DNA of 61,954 nucleotides, the filler included, from Ferroacidibacillus organovorans (GTDB taxonomy: Bacteria; Bacillota; Bacilli; Alicyclobacillales; SLC66): assembly GCF_001642725.1 (NCBI RefSeq). It is 7 parts of 7 records of this genome, joined end to end, with 100 filler letters (N's around TTAATTAATTAA, not from the genome) between each part and the next. Parts side by side here need not be neighbours in the genome. Positions count along the whole stretch, not along the records: positions 1 to 10,878 come from NZ_LSUQ01000075.1; positions 10,979 to 20,722 come from NZ_LSUQ01000077.1; positions 20,823 to 30,477 come from NZ_LSUQ01000078.1; 4 more parts are not named here. One strand, written 5' to 3'. The position numbers and the translations under genes are program-made. This document shows positions 9,004 to 21,413 of the stretch, piece by piece; positions within the stretch are counted from its first letter, which is position 1, and the number at the start of each line of letters is the position of its first letter. The notes under the pieces were generated by a model. That model ran no database searches. It had not been told where the DNA came from and saw nothing but the letters and a program-made list of their open reading frames with translations.

Positions 9004-10878
9004 GGTTTGCTACCCCCGCTTTTCGCAGTCGTACTCGAAGTCGCGGTGCCTGTGGATGTAGACGCAGGCTTTTTGTGGTGCTTGCCTTTGTGGTGCTTGC
9101 CTTTGTGGTGCTTGCCTTTGTGGGGGGCGGCGGCGTGTGAGGGATTCGCGGAAGTAGATGTAGACGGCTTTGCCGTCACCGCGCCGCTTGCCCGCGCAAT
9201 CACATTGGAAACTGTGACGTGGTCGCCCGGCGCAAGGAACGTCTGTCCGAGCGTTACCACCTGATCGCCCGCTGTAACCCCCGCGAGCACTTCCGTCCAC
9301 GCGCCCTGTGTCGCGCCAAGCGTTACCGGGCGCAAGAGTGCTCGTCCGTTTTTCACCAGATACACTTGCGGCGCGCCGGTTTGTGAATTGATGGCGGCGG
9401 TTGGCACTAGCACCGCATGCGGATCTGATTTTGTCACGACCTGAATGGATGCCGTCTCGCCTGAAGCCATACCGACAATCGGCCGCGCAGGCGCAATGGT
9501 CACCGTGAGGGAGAGTGTCTGTGGATTGACAACCGGTGAGATCGACGCGACAACGCCCTGCTCATTTTGACTCGGTGCAAACGGCAGCGTGAAAAGGACG
9601 CGCTCGCCCGGGTGCACTTGATTGATGTCCTGCTGGCTGAGTTGCGCCTGCAGTTCAAGCGTTGTGCCAATCATTGCGATGATCGGCTTTGCCGCAGTCA
9701 CTGCATTGCCTGGCTGTGCGGTAATCGCGGTGATGACACCTGGAAAGGGTGCCGCAATGACCGTGTTGCTTAAAGCTTGCTGCGCGATTTGCAGACGTCC
9801 CTGCGCGGCAGTCACGGCACCCTGAAGCGCCTGAAGTGTTCCTTGATTTTTCGGGTGAAGCAATTCTTCTACTTTTAATTTCGCGGCGGCGATCGCCGTT
9901 TTTGCCGCCGCGAGAACACTCGACTGAGGCGGCGCCTGAAGCGCTGCGAGATTGTCGCGACTCGAAAGAAGCGTGGCCTGCGCCTTTTGCAGTGTTGCCT
10001 GCATGCGCTGCAAGGCTGTCTGTTCATTGGCGCTCGCCATTTGCACGGCCTGTTCATCCGTACGCAGCGCCTGGGCATACTGCGCTTTTGCCGTCGCGAG
10101 CGCCCGCGCCGCGATCTGCATCGCTTGACTCTGATCCGCCTGCAGGATCGACAGTTTTCCTTGATTGGCGAGATTTTGCTGAGAGATGGCTGCGCTTGCT
10201 GCATTGACTTGATCGGCCGCGACGCTGATCGCATTCGTCCAATTCGCTTGATCGGCCGCCAGCTTGCCCTGTGCGGAAACGACCGCCTCTTGCGCCGCGC
10301 TGATTTGATTTTGAAGTGCTGTCACCGCGTTTTGATTGGCCGTCTGTGCCGCCGCACTCGCTTGATTGAGTTGATTCTGCGCCGCTGCGATGGCAGCATT
10401 CCACGCCGCCTGATCGGATGAAAGTGCATCTTGGGCGTTTGTGACAGCCGTCTCTGCACTCGCAATCTGCGTCTGAAGGGTTGTCGTCACTGGAGTTTGC
10501 GCCTGTAGAGAAGTCAGTGTCGCTTCACTCGCCGCGAGCGCTTGTTGATCTTGTGTCACTTTGATTCCGTCCGGGCTGCTCGCACTCTTGATCGCATCCA
10601 AGGTATTCTGCGCGCTCACCACCGACTGTTGCACCGTCGCAGAAAGTCCATTCCCGGCTTCCGCCTGCTGCAGTTGCCCCTGTAGATTGACAAGGTTTTG
10701 CTGATCTGTTTGTAGCGTCGTCTGATCACTCGCCACCGCGACCCCTTGCGGGCTCGTGTTCGACTGCGTGCGCTGCAAATTGCCTTCTGCCGTTTGCAGT
10801 GCAGCGGTGCTCGCCGTTGCATTTGCCTGCTGCACAGTGACCGCAACGTTTTGCGGTGCACTCCCATTCGTTAAACCT
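9000..10878 (-). CDS. RND adaptor / membrane fusion protein (HlyD family) with a very long coiled coil; 5' end cut by contig break
   Basis: LSNTVIAAPFPGVI lipoyl half-motif, VLVPTAAI and GVTAGDQVVTLG C-terminal MFP motifs; frame stays open up to the contig end at 10878. Confidence 0.88.
9072..9123. repeat. 15-bp tandem repeat TTTGTGGTGCTTGCC, about 3.5 copies, encoding HKGKHHKGKHHKGKHHK
   Basis: Exact repeat read from the sequence. Confidence 0.95.
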
Positions 10879-10978
10879 NNNNNNNNNNNNNNNNNNNNNN
10901 NNNNNNNNNNNNNNNNNNNNNNTTAATTAATTAANNNNNNNNNNNNNNNNNNNNNNNNNNNNNNNNNNNNNNNNNNNN
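10879..10978. other. Artificial contig linker
   Basis: N-run + TTAATTAATTAA + N-run, 100 nt. Confidence 0.99.
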
Positions 10979-11079
10979 CTCATGCGCAGCACGCGCAGCA
11001 CGTGGTGCGCATCCTCTCCAGCGACGCGAAACCGATCCGCCGCGATGCGCGCATCCGCCTCTAAAAAATAGCGTTGCAT
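10979..11079 (-). CDS. rsmE: 16S rRNA m3U1498 methyltransferase RsmE, N-terminal fragment
   Basis: MQRYFL...GEDAHHVLRVLRM; follows prmA. Confidence 0.88.
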
Positions 11080-11084
11080 GCCAG

Positions 11085-12077
11085 TCACCCGCCGCTTTCT
11101 TCCGTAAAGGTAAAGACGAGTGCGCGCCAATCCGCATTCTCGTGAATCTCTATGATCTCAAGATGCTGTTCACGCGCCGCCTGCGCGACGGCCTCCACTT
11201 GATGATGGACAATGCCAGATACGCTGAGCGTTCCGTTTGGCGCCAACACGCGCTTGATGTCTGGCAGCAGGCGCAGCAACAAGTCTAAAAGCAGATTGGC
11301 GTAGACAAAGTCGTACGTTTGCCCTGACGGCAGATCGCGCGCGAGATCGGACACAACCATCTGAATCCGATCGGCCACACCGTTTTTCACCGCGTTGTCG
11401 CGGGCGACGGCAAGCGCATTCTCATCGACATCCACTGCTGTCACCGAGTGCGCGCCAAACTTTGCCGCAGCGAGCGCAAGCACCCCGGTGCCTGTCCCGA
11501 GATCAAGGACGCGCGCGTCGCGCACCGCGTGCCCTTCCATCACCGTGAGCATGAGTTGCGTCGTTTCATGCGTCCCAGTGCCAAACGCCATCCCCGGGTC
11601 AATCTCTAGCACCACGTCGTTAGCGCCGATCGTTCCCACCTGTGAAAGCCGATCCATCTCCCATGAAGGCGCGATGATGACACGCGGGCTCACGCGCAGT
11701 GTGTGAAAGTGCTCTTTATACGCGAGCAAATAAGCGGCTTCCGGGATTGCTTCCACCGACACCAAAAGACTGCCAACGTCAAGCCCGATCGCACGAATCC
11801 CATCCAACTTTTGCTCAATGACGCGCACCAGGCGCTTCACTTCTTCATCTGAAAAACGCGCCTGATCGACATAGAGATTGACCTTGGCGCCCGTACGATT
11901 TAAAAACGCCTCATCAATCCACTCACTCGCGCGCGCCTGTGCACTGCGCGCTTCCAGATCTGCTGAATCTTCAATATCTTGCCCGACGATCTCCGGCAAG
12001 TCCGTCACGACACAGACCGCTTCGACCGCCTCAGACGTCGTTTCAATCGTGATTCGATATAAATCCACACGCCGCAC
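11085..12077 (-). CDS. prmA: Ribosomal protein L11 methyltransferase
   Basis: IDPGMAFGTGTHETT and VLDLGTGTGVLA; true start may be GTG 12068. Confidence 0.95.
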   Translation of the reverse strand: MRRVDLYRITIETTSEAVEAVCVVTDLPEIVGQDIEDSADLEARSAQARASEWIDEAFLNRTGAKVNLYVDQARFSDEEVKRLVRVIEQKLDGIRAIGLDVGSLLVSVEAIPEAAYLLAYKEHFHTLRVSPRVIIAPSWEMDRLSQVGTIGANDVVLEIDPGMAFGTGTHETTQLMLTVMEGHAVRDARVLDLGTGTGVLALAAAKFGAHSVTAVDVDENALAVARDNAVKNGVADRIQMVVSDLARDLPSGQTYDFVYANLLLDLLLRLLPDIKRVLAPNGTLSVSGIVHHQVEAVAQAAREQHLEIIEIHENADWRALVFTFTEESGG

Positions 12078-12191
12078 TCCTTTAGATCCATACCTTTTAG
12101 TGTACCATACGAGACACAGTCATGTCGTCCGACCGACACGTCGACACCTGATGTGCCATGCGTTGACGAACTGGGTACAATAGAGAGATAG

Positions 12192-13463
<1,272 letters not shown>

Positions 13464-13471
13464 GACAGCAC

Positions 13472-13518
13472 AAAAAAATCACAGACGCCGCAGTTCATCG
13501 CGACGCCTGTGATTTTTT
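13472..13518. terminator. Intrinsic terminator between convergent mnmA and dnaJ, probably bidirectional
   Basis: Minus strand ATCACAGGCGTCGC-loop-GCGGCGTCTGTGAT, 14 bp with two G-U pairs, flanked by A and T tracts. Confidence 0.85.
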
Positions 13519-13551
13519 ATGCCATTCTTTTCTCGCTTTAGATTGCGGGAA

Positions 13552-14688
13552 TCAGATCCCGCGCAACGCGCTTTTCATCCGCTCAAAAAGGTTTTTCGAC
13601 TGTTCATGCGTCTCCTCGCCAAGTTCGCGTCCGAGATCGCGCAAAAGTTCTCGTTGACGATCCGAGAGCTTCGTCGGTGTCTGCACGTTCACCCGCACGT
13701 GCTGATCCCCTTTGGCCACACCGTTTCCAAGGCGCGGCATCCCTTTTCCACGAAGCGTAAACACGCTCCCCGTCTGCGTACCCGCAGGAATGCGCACCGT
13801 CTCACGACCGTAAAGTGTTGGCACTGTAATCTCGTCGCCGAGCGCCGCCTGCACAAACGTAATCGGGACTTCACAGTGCACATCATTTCCTTCTCGTCGG
13901 AAGAAATCGTGCGTTTTCACACGAATCACGATATACAAATCGCCCGGAGGGGCGCCGTGATCCCCTGCCTCACCCGCATTTGAAATGCGCATGCGCGTTC
14001 CTGTGTCAACGCCTGCCGGAATGTTCACTTCAATTTTGCGGCGTTGGCGCACCGTGCCCGCTCCGCGACACGCTGTGCACGGCGTGACAATCCGCTTCCC
14101 CGTACCTTGACAGGTCGGACAGGCGCGACGATTGACCATTCTACCCAGCGGCGTATTTGTAACAAATTCTTGGACACCCGCGCCTTTACATGTAGCGCAC
14201 GTCTCAACTTTCGTACCCGGTTTCGCCCCAGTGCCTTGACAGACGTCACACGTTTCAGTGCGCGGAATTTCGATTTCTTTTTTCAAACCGAACGCTGCAT
14301 CCTTAAACTCGATCGTCATCGAATACTCAAGATCGGCGCCCCGCTGCGGTCCACGCTGACGACCACCGCCACCGCCAAAAAACATATCGAAGATATCGTT
14401 GATGCCGCCAAAATCTCCGCCCTGAAAACCACCAAAACCGCCGGCGCCGCCAAAGCCGCCAGCACCTTGCTCCTGATGGCCAAAACGGTCATACTGCGCG
14501 CGCTTTTCTGTGTCACTAAGCACTTCATACGCTTCATTTGCTTCTTTAAACTTTGTTTCTGCCTCAGGATCGTCCTTGTTCACATCAGGATGCAACTTGC
14601 GGGCGAGCGCGCGAAACGATTTTTTGATCTCATCCTGCGAAGCGTTTTTACTGACCCCGAGCACCTCATAATAGTCCCGTTTGCTCAC
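13552..14688 (-). CDS. dnaJ: Chaperone DnaJ
   Basis: J domain with HPD, G/F region, four CxxCxGxG repeats; start approximate. Confidence 0.98.
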   Translation of the reverse strand: MSKRDYYEVLGVSKNASQDEIKKSFRALARKLHPDVNKDDPEAETKFKEANEAYEVLSDTEKRAQYDRFGHQEQGAGGFGGAGGFGGFQGGDFGGINDIFDMFFGGGGGRQRGPQRGADLEYSMTIEFKDAAFGLKKEIEIPRTETCDVCQGTGAKPGTKVETCATCKGAGVQEFVTNTPLGRMVNRRACPTCQGTGKRIVTPCTACRGAGTVRQRRKIEVNIPAGVDTGTRMRISNAGEAGDHGAPPGDLYIVIRVKTHDFFRREGNDVHCEVPITFVQAALGDEITVPTLYGRETVRIPAGTQTGSVFTLRGKGMPRLGNGVAKGDQHVRVNVQTPTKLSDRQRELLRDLGRELGEETHEQSKNLFERMKSALRGI

Positions 14689-14754
14689 GACTCCGTTTTT
14701 CACCCCTCTCATGAAAGCGAGAGGCCCATCGCGCCCCTCGCTCTCCCAGTCCCG

Positions 14755-16575
14755 TTATTTTTTCTCTTCGTCCACTACATTATAATCAGCGTCGACGACG
14801 TGATCACTCGCTGGCCCGGAATCGCCCGCCTGCGCCGCTTGCCCCGCCTGCTCGTAGAGCTTCACAGACAAAGCCTGCACTGCGCTGCTAAGTTCATCAT
14901 GCGCTGTGCGAATCGCTTCGATATCCGTCCCCGCAAGCGCGTCCTGCAATTTCTTCTTTGCTTCTTCAGCTTTTTCTTTCTCGGCCGCATCCGCCTTGTC
15001 GCCGAGATCTTTGATCGTTTTGTCCGTCTGGTATACGAGACTGTCCGCTTGGTTGCGAAGCTCTGTCTCTTCGCGGCGTTTGCGATCTGCCTCTGCGTTT
15101 AGCTCCGCTTCTTTCACCATGCGCTCTACCTCATCCTTGTCGAGACCGCCGGACGAAGTGATCGTGATGTTCTGCATCTTTCCAGTTCCCAGATCCTTTG
15201 CCGACACGTTGACAATACCGTTTGCGTCGAGATCAAACGTAACCTCAATCTGCGGGATGCCGCGCGGCGCAGGCGGAATGTCATGCAATTGAAAACGCCC
15301 GAGCGTCTTATTGTCGCGCGCAAACTCGCGCTCCCCTTGAAGCACGTGAATGTCAACCGTCGTCTGATTGTCAGCCGCCGTTGAGAACACCTGCTTTTTC
15401 GATGTCGGAATCGTCGTATTCCGCTCGATCAATCGAGTCATCACGCCGCCGAGCGTCTCGATCCCTAAGGACAGCGGTGTGACGTCGAGCAGAACAACCC
15501 CGGTGACATCTCCTGTGAGAACACCCGCCTGAATCGCCGCGCCGAGCGCTACAACTTCGTCCGGATTGACACCCTTTGAAGGATCTTTTCCCGTCAGTTT
15601 CTTAATCGCATCAACAACTGCCGGAATGCGCGTCGAGCCACCAACCAGAATGACCTTCTCAATCTTGTCGACCGTAAGGTTCGCATCGCGAAGCGCCTGA
15701 CGCGTCGGAGCGAGCGTCGCCTCAACCAAGTCGGCGGTTAACTCGTCAAATTTAGCGCGTGTAAGATTGATTTCGAGATGTTTCGGGCCGGATGCGTCCG
15801 CCGAGATGAAGGGAAGTGAGATCGCCGTCGACATGACGCCAGACAGCTCTTTCTTGGCTTTTTCTGCCGCGTCTTTCAGGCGCTGCATCGCCATCCGATC
15901 TTTGCCGAGATCGATGCCCTGCTCTTTTTTAAACGTCTCGATCAGATAGTTCATGATCCGCTCGTCGAAGTCGTCACCGCCGAGGCGATTGTTTCCGCTC
16001 GTGGCTTTCACCTCAAACACGCCGTCACCGAGCTCGAGGATCGACACGTCAAATGTTCCGCCGCCAAGATCATACACGAGAATGGTGTGGTCGTTTGACT
16101 TGTCAAGTCCATAGGCGAGCGCCGCCGCCGTCGGCTCGTTCACAATGCGCAAAACGTCGAGGCCGGCAATCTTTCCCGCATCTTTCGTTGCTTGCCGTTG
16201 GCTGTCATTAAAATAGGCAGGGACGGTAATCACGGCCTGAGTCACAGTTTCACCAAGATACGCTTCCGCGTCCGCCTTCAATTTTTGAAGGATCATCGCC
16301 GAAATCTCGGGAGGTGTGTAGCCTTTTCCATCGATCATCGTCTTATGTTCTGTACCCATGTGACGTTTGATCGAAATGACCGTCCCATCCGGGTTCGTCA
16401 CCGCTTGCCGCTTCGCGACATCGCCAACCAAACGCTCCCCATTCTTTGCAAAGCCAACAACAGACGGCGTCGTGCGGTTTCCTTCAGCGTTTGGGATGAC
16501 AACCGCTTCTCCGCCTTCCATAACCGCCACACAGGAATTGGTGGTTCCAAGGTCAATACCGATAACTTTAGCCAT
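14755..16575 (-). CDS. dnaK: Chaperone DnaK
   Basis: GIDLGTTNS and [10 protein letters not shown]. Confidence 0.99.
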   Translation of the reverse strand: MAKVIGIDLGTTNSCVAVMEGGEAVVIPNAEGNRTTPSVVGFAKNGERLVGDVAKRQAVTNPDGTVISIKRHMGTEHKTMIDGKGYTPPEISAMILQKLKADAEAYLGETVTQAVITVPAYFNDSQRQATKDAGKIAGLDVLRIVNEPTAAALAYGLDKSNDHTILVYDLGGGTFDVSILELGDGVFEVKATSGNNRLGGDDFDERIMNYLIETFKKEQGIDLGKDRMAMQRLKDAAEKAKKELSGVMSTAISLPFISADASGPKHLEINLTRAKFDELTADLVEATLAPTRQALRDANLTVDKIEKVILVGGSTRIPAVVDAIKKLTGKDPSKGVNPDEVVALGAAIQAGVLTGDVTGVVLLDVTPLSLGIETLGGVMTRLIERNTTIPTSKKQVFSTAADNQTTVDIHVLQGEREFARDNKTLGRFQLHDIPPAPRGIPQIEVTFDLDANGIVNVSAKDLGTGKMQNITITSSGGLDKDEVERMVKEAELNAEADRKRREETELRNQADSLVYQTDKTIKDLGDKADAAEKEKAEEAKKKLQDALAGTDIEAIRTAHDELSSAVQALSVKLYEQAGQAAQAGDSGPASDHVVDADYNVVDEEKK

Positions 16576-16596
16576 GTGCAATCTCCCTTTCTATCA

Positions 16597-17184
16597 TCAA
16601 GATGCGATTTTTACCATCGCTGGCCTTATTACTCTGCCAGAGAGCGTATACCCGTCGCGCAGTACTTCAAGAATCGTACCAGACGCTGCGCCTTCTGTTG
16701 GTTCAGAAACCACTGCCTCGTGCAGATTAGGATCAAAGAGAGATCCGAGACACTCCATTTTTTCAACGCCAGACGTCGTGAGAACGCGCTGCAATTGCTC
16801 GTACACCATGGTGACACCTTTGACGAGTCCTTCAGATTCACCAGGCACGATCACCCGCATCGCAAGCGTAAAATTATCAAGTACCGGAAGGAGTTCCCCG
16901 ATGAGTTTACTGTTTGCATACGCCGCCGTCTCTTCGCGCTCTTGGCGTGTTCGCCGACGAAAGTTGTCATAGTCAGCCTGAAGTCGAAGATAACGATTCT
17001 GTGACTCGTCATACTCCGCTTTCAATCGTTCAAACGCCTGAAGAAAGTCGGTGAGCGACTTTGCGTCATCGGCTTCTGTCCCATCTGAAGCAGAGTCAAC
17101 ATCCGCCTCCGTCGCCGAGCTCTCGCGTTCACGATCCAGCAAATCGTCGGCGTGCTCCGCTTCATTCGCCTTTTGTTCTTGCAC
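16597..17184 (-). CDS. grpE: Nucleotide exchange factor GrpE
   Basis: RLQADYDNFRRR, FDPNLHEAV and GRVIRPAMVKI; GTG start after AAGGAG. Confidence 0.96.
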   Translation of the reverse strand: MQEQKANEAEHADDLLDRERESSATEADVDSASDGTEADDAKSLTDFLQAFERLKAEYDESQNRYLRLQADYDNFRRRTRQEREETAAYANSKLIGELLPVLDNFTLAMRVIVPGESEGLVKGVTMVYEQLQRVLTTSGVEKMECLGSLFDPNLHEAVVSEPTEGAASGTILEVLRDGYTLSGRVIRPAMVKIAS

Positions 17185-17232
17185 AAACTTCACTCCTTTC
17201 AAATCGCATGAACCCATGTCGAAAATCGCTGC

Positions 17233-18291
17233 CTATCCTGATGAATGACCCGAATAAATGCGGCCGTACACATCGCTCAAACCGCTTGAGAGCGTACGCA
17301 AGAGCGCGATGACGCGACCATACTCCATGCGCGTCGGGCCTACCACACCGACGACGCCAATGGGAATTTGTCCAATGTGCAGGGACGTCGTGATAAGTGT
17401 ACAATCCTGCAGCGACTCCACTTCATTCTCCGCGCCAATACGCACGCGCAGGTCGCCATGAAGCGCATTTGTCGCGAGGGACACTAACACCTCATCACGT
17501 TTTTCAAGCCAAGAAAGGACAGACTTTGCTTTGTGAATGTTTTGGAATTCCGGTTGCAACAACATGTTCGTCGCTTGTCCTAAAAAGACATTTGGCTCCT
17601 GCGGTTCCTCTGTCACTTGCAGAATCTGGTCGAGCAAACGGGATGCCTCTTCGTAATCCTCCATGTGCCGAGCCACTTCGCGCATCAGTTCTTCATACAC
17701 GCGCGAACGAATTCGATACATCGGCGTGCCGCAAAGCGCACGGTTGATCATTTCCGTCAGTTGCATCACATCGTGCATCGGAACGCCATCCGGGATAGTC
17801 ACTGTCTTATTTTGCACTTGTCCCGCCGAGTTGATCACGAGCACGACGGCCGACTGTCCCGAGAGCGGTACCAGTTGCAGGCTCTTTAGCGTCGTGTCAT
17901 ACACCTTTGCGCCGAGCACCACACCCGTGTATTGCGTGAGCGAACTGAGCACGTGCGCCACTTGTTGCGCCGCCTGCTCAAATGCCGAGACGCGCGTTGC
18001 AAAAAGCTGCTTGATCTCCTCGATATCCTTTGCGCGAAGCGCAACATCCTGACTTACAAGGTGATCAACATAGTAGCGATACCCCGCTTGAGAAGGGATA
18101 CGGCCGGCGGATGTGTGAGGTTGTTCAAGATAGCCGAGCGCTTCGAGATCCGCCATTTCATTTCGAATGGTCGCCGCGGAGTACCCAAGTTCCACATGCT
18201 TTGAGAGCGTGCGCGAACCGACAGGTTCCGCAGAACGCACATAATCGTCTACAATCATTCGCAGAATGGACTTTTGGCGTTCTGTCAACAT
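17233..18291 (-). CDS. hrcA: Heat-inducible repressor HrcA
   Basis: MLTERQKSIL, SAATIRNEMADLE, PHTSAGRIPS and GPTRMEY. Confidence 0.97.
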   Translation of the reverse strand: MLTERQKSILRMIVDDYVRSAEPVGSRTLSKHVELGYSAATIRNEMADLEALGYLEQPHTSAGRIPSQAGYRYYVDHLVSQDVALRAKDIEEIKQLFATRVSAFEQAAQQVAHVLSSLTQYTGVVLGAKVYDTTLKSLQLVPLSGQSAVVLVINSAGQVQNKTVTIPDGVPMHDVMQLTEMINRALCGTPMYRIRSRVYEELMREVARHMEDYEEASRLLDQILQVTEEPQEPNVFLGQATNMLLQPEFQNIHKAKSVLSWLEKRDEVLVSLATNALHGDLRVRIGAENEVESLQDCTLITTSLHIGQIPIGVVGVVGPTRMEYGRVIALLRTLSSGLSDVYGRIYSGHSSG

Positions 18292-18326
18292 CGGAATTTC
18301 ACCTCCAACGCATGCGATCCAGCTTG

Positions 18327-18353
18327 TTAGCACTCTCACTCATTGAGTGCTAA
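18327..18353. promoter_or_regulatory. CIRCE element (HrcA operator)
   Basis: Perfect TTAGCACTC-N9-GAGTGCTAA upstream of hrcA. Confidence 0.98.
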
Positions 18354-18363
18354 CAACACCCAA

Positions 18364-18393
18364 AATGTATCAAACCAGCCTTCCCGCTGTCAA
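18364..18393 (-). promoter_or_regulatory. SigA promoter of the hrcA operon
   Basis: TTGACA-N18-TACATT with extended TG, just upstream of CIRCE. Confidence 0.7.
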
Positions 18394-18419
18394 CTGCTTC
18401 ATACGTGTAAATGATCCCC

Positions 18420-19583
18420 TTACGTGTGGATTCCGACAAATTCAGCGTAAATTTCATTGGCTACTTCCACATGTTGCTCAGGAATGCGCCAAACTCCATC
18501 GCGGTGCGTCAGAACTCCTAACTTTAGCAGGCGTTCACACTCGGGTTTGAACACCTGTTCAATCGATGCCTGAAATCGCTCAAAGAACGAGCGATCAGAA
18601 ACGCCTTCAGTCAGGCGCAACCCGAGCATCATCTCGTTTTCCATCGCTTCTTGCAAAGAGACCGGATACTCCTGTTCAATCGGCCTTGCGCCACTTTGAC
18701 ACGCGTGATGGTACGCGCTGAGCGAGCGCATGTTCTCATAACGCATCTCCCCAGTGTATCCGTGTGCGCCCGCACCTGCCGCAAAATAAGGGCGATTGCG
18801 CCAATACGTCAGATTGTGGCGAGATTCCTCACCAGGCTTTGCGTAGTTGCTCACCTCGTAGTGCAGAAACCCGGCGTCGATCAGGCGCTCACGCACGCGT
18901 TCATACATTGCCACCTGAAGCTCTTCATCCGGAAGATGCAGGAAGCCCTTTTTCTCCCAAGAAAAAAAGGGAGTGTTCTCCTCGACTTTGAGCCCATACG
19001 CGGAGACGTGAGAGACACCTGTCGCCAGCGCCTGGGACAGCGCATCCTCCACATCGACAAGCGTCTGATCCGGCAACCCTAACATCAAATCGAGGCTCAC
19101 ACGCTTTATTCCCGCCGCATATGCCCGTTCCACGCTGATGCGCGTTTGTTCCGGCGAGTGCAGTCGCCCGATCGACAGGAGCAGCGTCTCATTAAACGTC
19201 TGCGTCCCAATCGACACGCGATTGACGCCCATCTCCTTCATCGCACGCAATATGTCCGGCTCGGTCGTCCCCGGGTTTGCTTCGACCGTCCACTCAAGAT
19301 CGCTCGCCAGTGCAAACTGCCCGTGAATCGCCTCTGCAATCCGCTCGAACTCACGCGCGCTGAGCATGGTTGGCGTCCCGCCGCCGACGTAGATCGTCTG
19401 TAGCGGTTCTACACTTCGCTCGGCGGAGTACCAGCGCTTGAGATTTTTCAGTTCGCCAATCAGATCGTCAACGTACTGCGCGCGCACCGCTTCACTCGCG
19501 ACATACGAGTTGAAATCACAGTAAAAGCACTTGCTCGCACAAAAAGGAATATGAATGTACAGGCTTGTGATCGCCTCAGTCAA
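18420..19583 (-). CDS. hemW: Radical SAM heme chaperone HemW (HemN-like)
   Basis: [23 protein letters not shown] and HNLTYW; TTG start overlaps the lepA stop. Confidence 0.93.
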   Translation of the reverse strand: MTEAITSLYIHIPFCASKCFYCDFNSYVASEAVRAQYVDDLIGELKNLKRWYSAERSVEPLQTIYVGGGTPTMLSAREFERIAEAIHGQFALASDLEWTVEANPGTTEPDILRAMKEMGVNRVSIGTQTFNETLLLSIGRLHSPEQTRISVERAYAAGIKRVSLDLMLGLPDQTLVDVEDALSQALATGVSHVSAYGLKVEENTPFFSWEKKGFLHLPDEELQVAMYERVRERLIDAGFLHYEVSNYAKPGEESRHNLTYWRNRPYFAAGAGAHGYTGEMRYENMRSLSAYHHACQSGARPIEQEYPVSLQEAMENEMMLGLRLTEGVSDRSFFERFQASIEQVFKPECERLLKLGVLTHRDGVWRIPEQHVEVANEIYAEFVGIHT

Positions 19584-20722
19584 GGCGCAACACCGCCATG
19601 AATGCTTCCTGCGGGACTTCGACATTCCCGACCTGCTTCATACGTTTCTTGCCCTCTTTTTGTTTCTCCAGTAGTTTGCGTTTGCGCGTGATGTCGCCAC
19701 CGTAACACTTTGCGAGAACATTTTTGCGCATCGCGCGGATCGATTCGCGCGCGATAACCTTGTTGCCAATCGCCGCCTGAATGGGCACTTCAAACATTTG
19801 TCGCGGAATCAGCTCTTTTAACTTTTCACACAAGATCTTGCCGCGCGAGTACGCCTTTTCTCGATGAACAATGAACGAGAGTGCGTCGACAATTTCGCCG
19901 TTTAGCAGAATGTCGAGCTTCACCAGATCCGACTCGCGATAGCCAATCAGTTCGTAGTCAAACGACGCGTATCCTTTAGTGCTTGATTTGAGACGATCAA
20001 AAAAGTCGTATACGATCTCCGTGAGCGGCACTTCATAGATGATTGTAACGCGCGTCTCATCAAGGTAGCGCATGTCGACAAACACACCGCGCTTTTCCTG
20101 ACAGAGTTCCATGACGCTCCCCACAAAATCCTTTGGCACGATAATCGACGCCTTCACATACGGCTCCTCAACGCGTTCAATTTTACCTGCCTCAGGCAGC
20201 ATGCTCGGATTGTCGATTTCGATCGTTTCACCCTTTGTGGTGTATACGTGATAGATGACGCTCGGCGCCGTCGTGATTAGGGTCAGCCCGTATTCACGCT
20301 CCAAGCGCTCCTGAATGATCTCCATGTGAAGGAGTCCAAGAAAACCGCAGCGAAAGCCAAACCCGAGGGCCGAGGACGTCTCTGGCTCATAGCGCAGTGC
20401 AGCGTCGTTTAGTTCCATTTTTTCAAGCGCGTCGCGCAGCAACGGATAATCGGACGATTCCACTGGGTACATTCCGCAAAAGACCATCGGATTGATCCGT
20501 CGATAACCGGGAAGCGGGGATGTGGCGCTACCTTCCACCGTCGTGACGGTGTCGCCGACGCGCGTATCGTGCACCGTTTTGATCGCCGCCGCACAGTAAC
20601 CGACATCTCCGGCGCTAAGCACGTCCACATTGGTCATGCGCGGACGAAACGTGCCGACTTCGACGACTTCGTGTTCGGCACCTGTGGCCATCATGCGTAC
20701 GCGCATGCCGGGGCGAATTGCA
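19576..20722 (-). CDS. lepA: Elongation factor 4 (LepA), C-terminal part
   Basis: [23 protein letters not shown] and [25 protein letters not shown]. Confidence 0.97.
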
Positions 20723-20822
20723 NNNNNNNNNNNNNNNNNNNNNNNNNNNNNNNNNNNNNNNNNNNNTTAATTAATTAANNNNNNNNNNNNNNNNNNNNNN
20801 NNNNNNNNNNNNNNNNNNNNNN
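20723..20822. other. Artificial contig linker
   Basis: N-run + TTAATTAATTAA + N-run. Confidence 0.99.
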
Positions 20823-20824
20823 CC

Positions 20825-21373
20825 ATCGAAGTGTATGGAGCGGCACAGAGGTCTGGTCTGCTTGAAGCGATCGCCTCAGGGTTGAATGTGGCGCACTCAA
20901 AAAGCGCATTGGTCGATGTGAGATATTCTTCAGGCAAACTGAGTGTATCGCGGGCGGGACAGGTGGTCGTTGTCTTTTCTCCGATAAGTCAACAGGAGAT
21001 TGACTCACTCGCGCAGGCTGGCGCGAAACTCATCGACTTGACAGGGCAGATTGATCCAAATGCCGCTTTGCGCATTCCGCACGGTGTCATCCTGGCGCGG
21101 GGGATTCAGGCGGTTTATCACGTCATTGCGCAAAAGCAAAGCGCCTCTGGCACGATCTCGATTCCTGTGGGCTTGAGTGATGTGCTCATTTCGCAGGCGG
21201 GTCGTTATGGGGCTGCCGCGATTTCTCGCTATCGTCTACTCCTTGAACGGGGAACGTTGCAACCGACTGCGTATGCCTTAGCTTCGCCGACGGATGCGGC
21301 GCTCTCATCGTACGGATTGCCAGTGTTCGCCACAAAACTCCAAGCGATCAAGATTGCCAAAAAGAAAGCATAG
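20825..21373 (+). CDS. Hypothetical protein, C-terminal part
   Basis: Frame open from the contig start; codirectional with the downstream operon; no motif recognised. Confidence 0.6.
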   Translation: MEVYGAAQRSGLLEAIASGLNVAHSKSALVDVRYSSGKLSVSRAGQVVVVFSPISQQEIDSLAQAGAKLIDLTGQIDPNAALRIPHGVILARGIQAVYHVIAQKQSASGTISIPVGLSDVLISQAGRYGAAAISRYRLLLERGTLQPTAYALASPTDAALSSYGLPVFATKLQAIKIAKKKA

Positions 21374-21413
21374 ATTGGATCTTCATCCGCGAGTTAGGAG
21401 GGAGGAACGACAG

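Noticed and set aside
9072..9123. Tandem repeat as a CRISPR array
   Set aside because: No spacers, 15-bp unit, in frame within a CDS, and no cas genes in the window
14044..17004. Long plus-strand ORFs (352, 270 and 201 aa) opposite dnaJ, dnaK and grpE
   Set aside because: Antisense shadows of conserved genes, with no motifs or RBS support
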